DNA of 60,694 nt, filler included, from Jimgerdemannia flammicorona (Eukaryota), in the NCBI GenBank assembly GCA_003990765.1. It is 3 parts of 3 records of this genome, joined end to end, with 100 filler letters (N's around TTAATTAATTAA, not from the genome) between each part and the next. Parts side by side here need not be neighbours in the genome. Positions count along the whole stretch, not along the records: positions 40,540 to 60,694 come from RBNJ01001746.1; 2 more parts are not named here. One strand, given 5' to 3'. The notes beneath the pieces were generated by a model. That model did no database searches. It had not been told where the DNA came from and saw only the letters and a list, made by a program, of their open reading frames with translations. Numbering within the stretch: position 1 is the first letter of the stretch; each line of letters opens with the position of its first letter. A program made the position numbers and the translations under genes. Below are positions 60,411 through 60,694 of this stretch, piece by piece.

Positions 60411-60694
60411 ATTGATTCAAATTGATTCAGATGGGATTCAAATTCCATCTGGATCAACTCATTTGGAGCACTATTACCATCACTATTATTATTGCTATTA
60501 CCATTACTACTGCTACTTTAGCTCTTAATGAGCAGCTTGTATATTGCTTATATGAGAAAAAATTTAACATTATTAGCAGAGAGTGCTTTTTTACTTTGAA
60601 TATTATCTCTTTTAATAATTATTGAATAGGTAAAAAAATGAGTAGAATAATAAATAATTAAGAACTACTATTTATTTATTCATAATATAGTAGG

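Overview
Eukaryotic, most likely fungal DNA. An early-diverging (Mucoromycota-like) lineage is my inference from gene style and TE content only. A compact, CpG-rich island of four intron-containing housekeeping genes (ATP19, DNMT2, GAR1, mitochondrial rhomboid protease; ~3.5-10.5 kb) sits among nested, C->T-decayed transposons. These comprise at least three Ty3/gypsy LTR families with gag-pol (A, a chromovirus, with 3 copies plus an LTR fragment; B; D), a fourth putative LTR (C), a Ty1/copia relic, L1/Tx1-type LINE pieces, a 1.2-kb poly(A) retroposon, hAT-like relics and a nested palindrome. Two N-gaps carry an artificial TTAATTAATTAA spacer. The main observation is that the ~2-kb LTRs of families A and B and the putative LTR C each carry, inside U3 and behind a separate TATA box, a 270-365 aa ORF. 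These ORFs share an ungapped motif (Y-[EQ]-I-G-x2-L ... A-x6-F-x6-I-x2-L-[QE]-x9-L-S) followed by an acidic tail, suggesting an LTR-encoded accessory gene family. One family-A variant has swapped this slot for a different ORF related to the integrase-downstream region of family B. All three gag-pol families encode dUTPase, at two different positions, beside Cys-rich modules. The repeats show a RIP-like CpG/CpA transition load.
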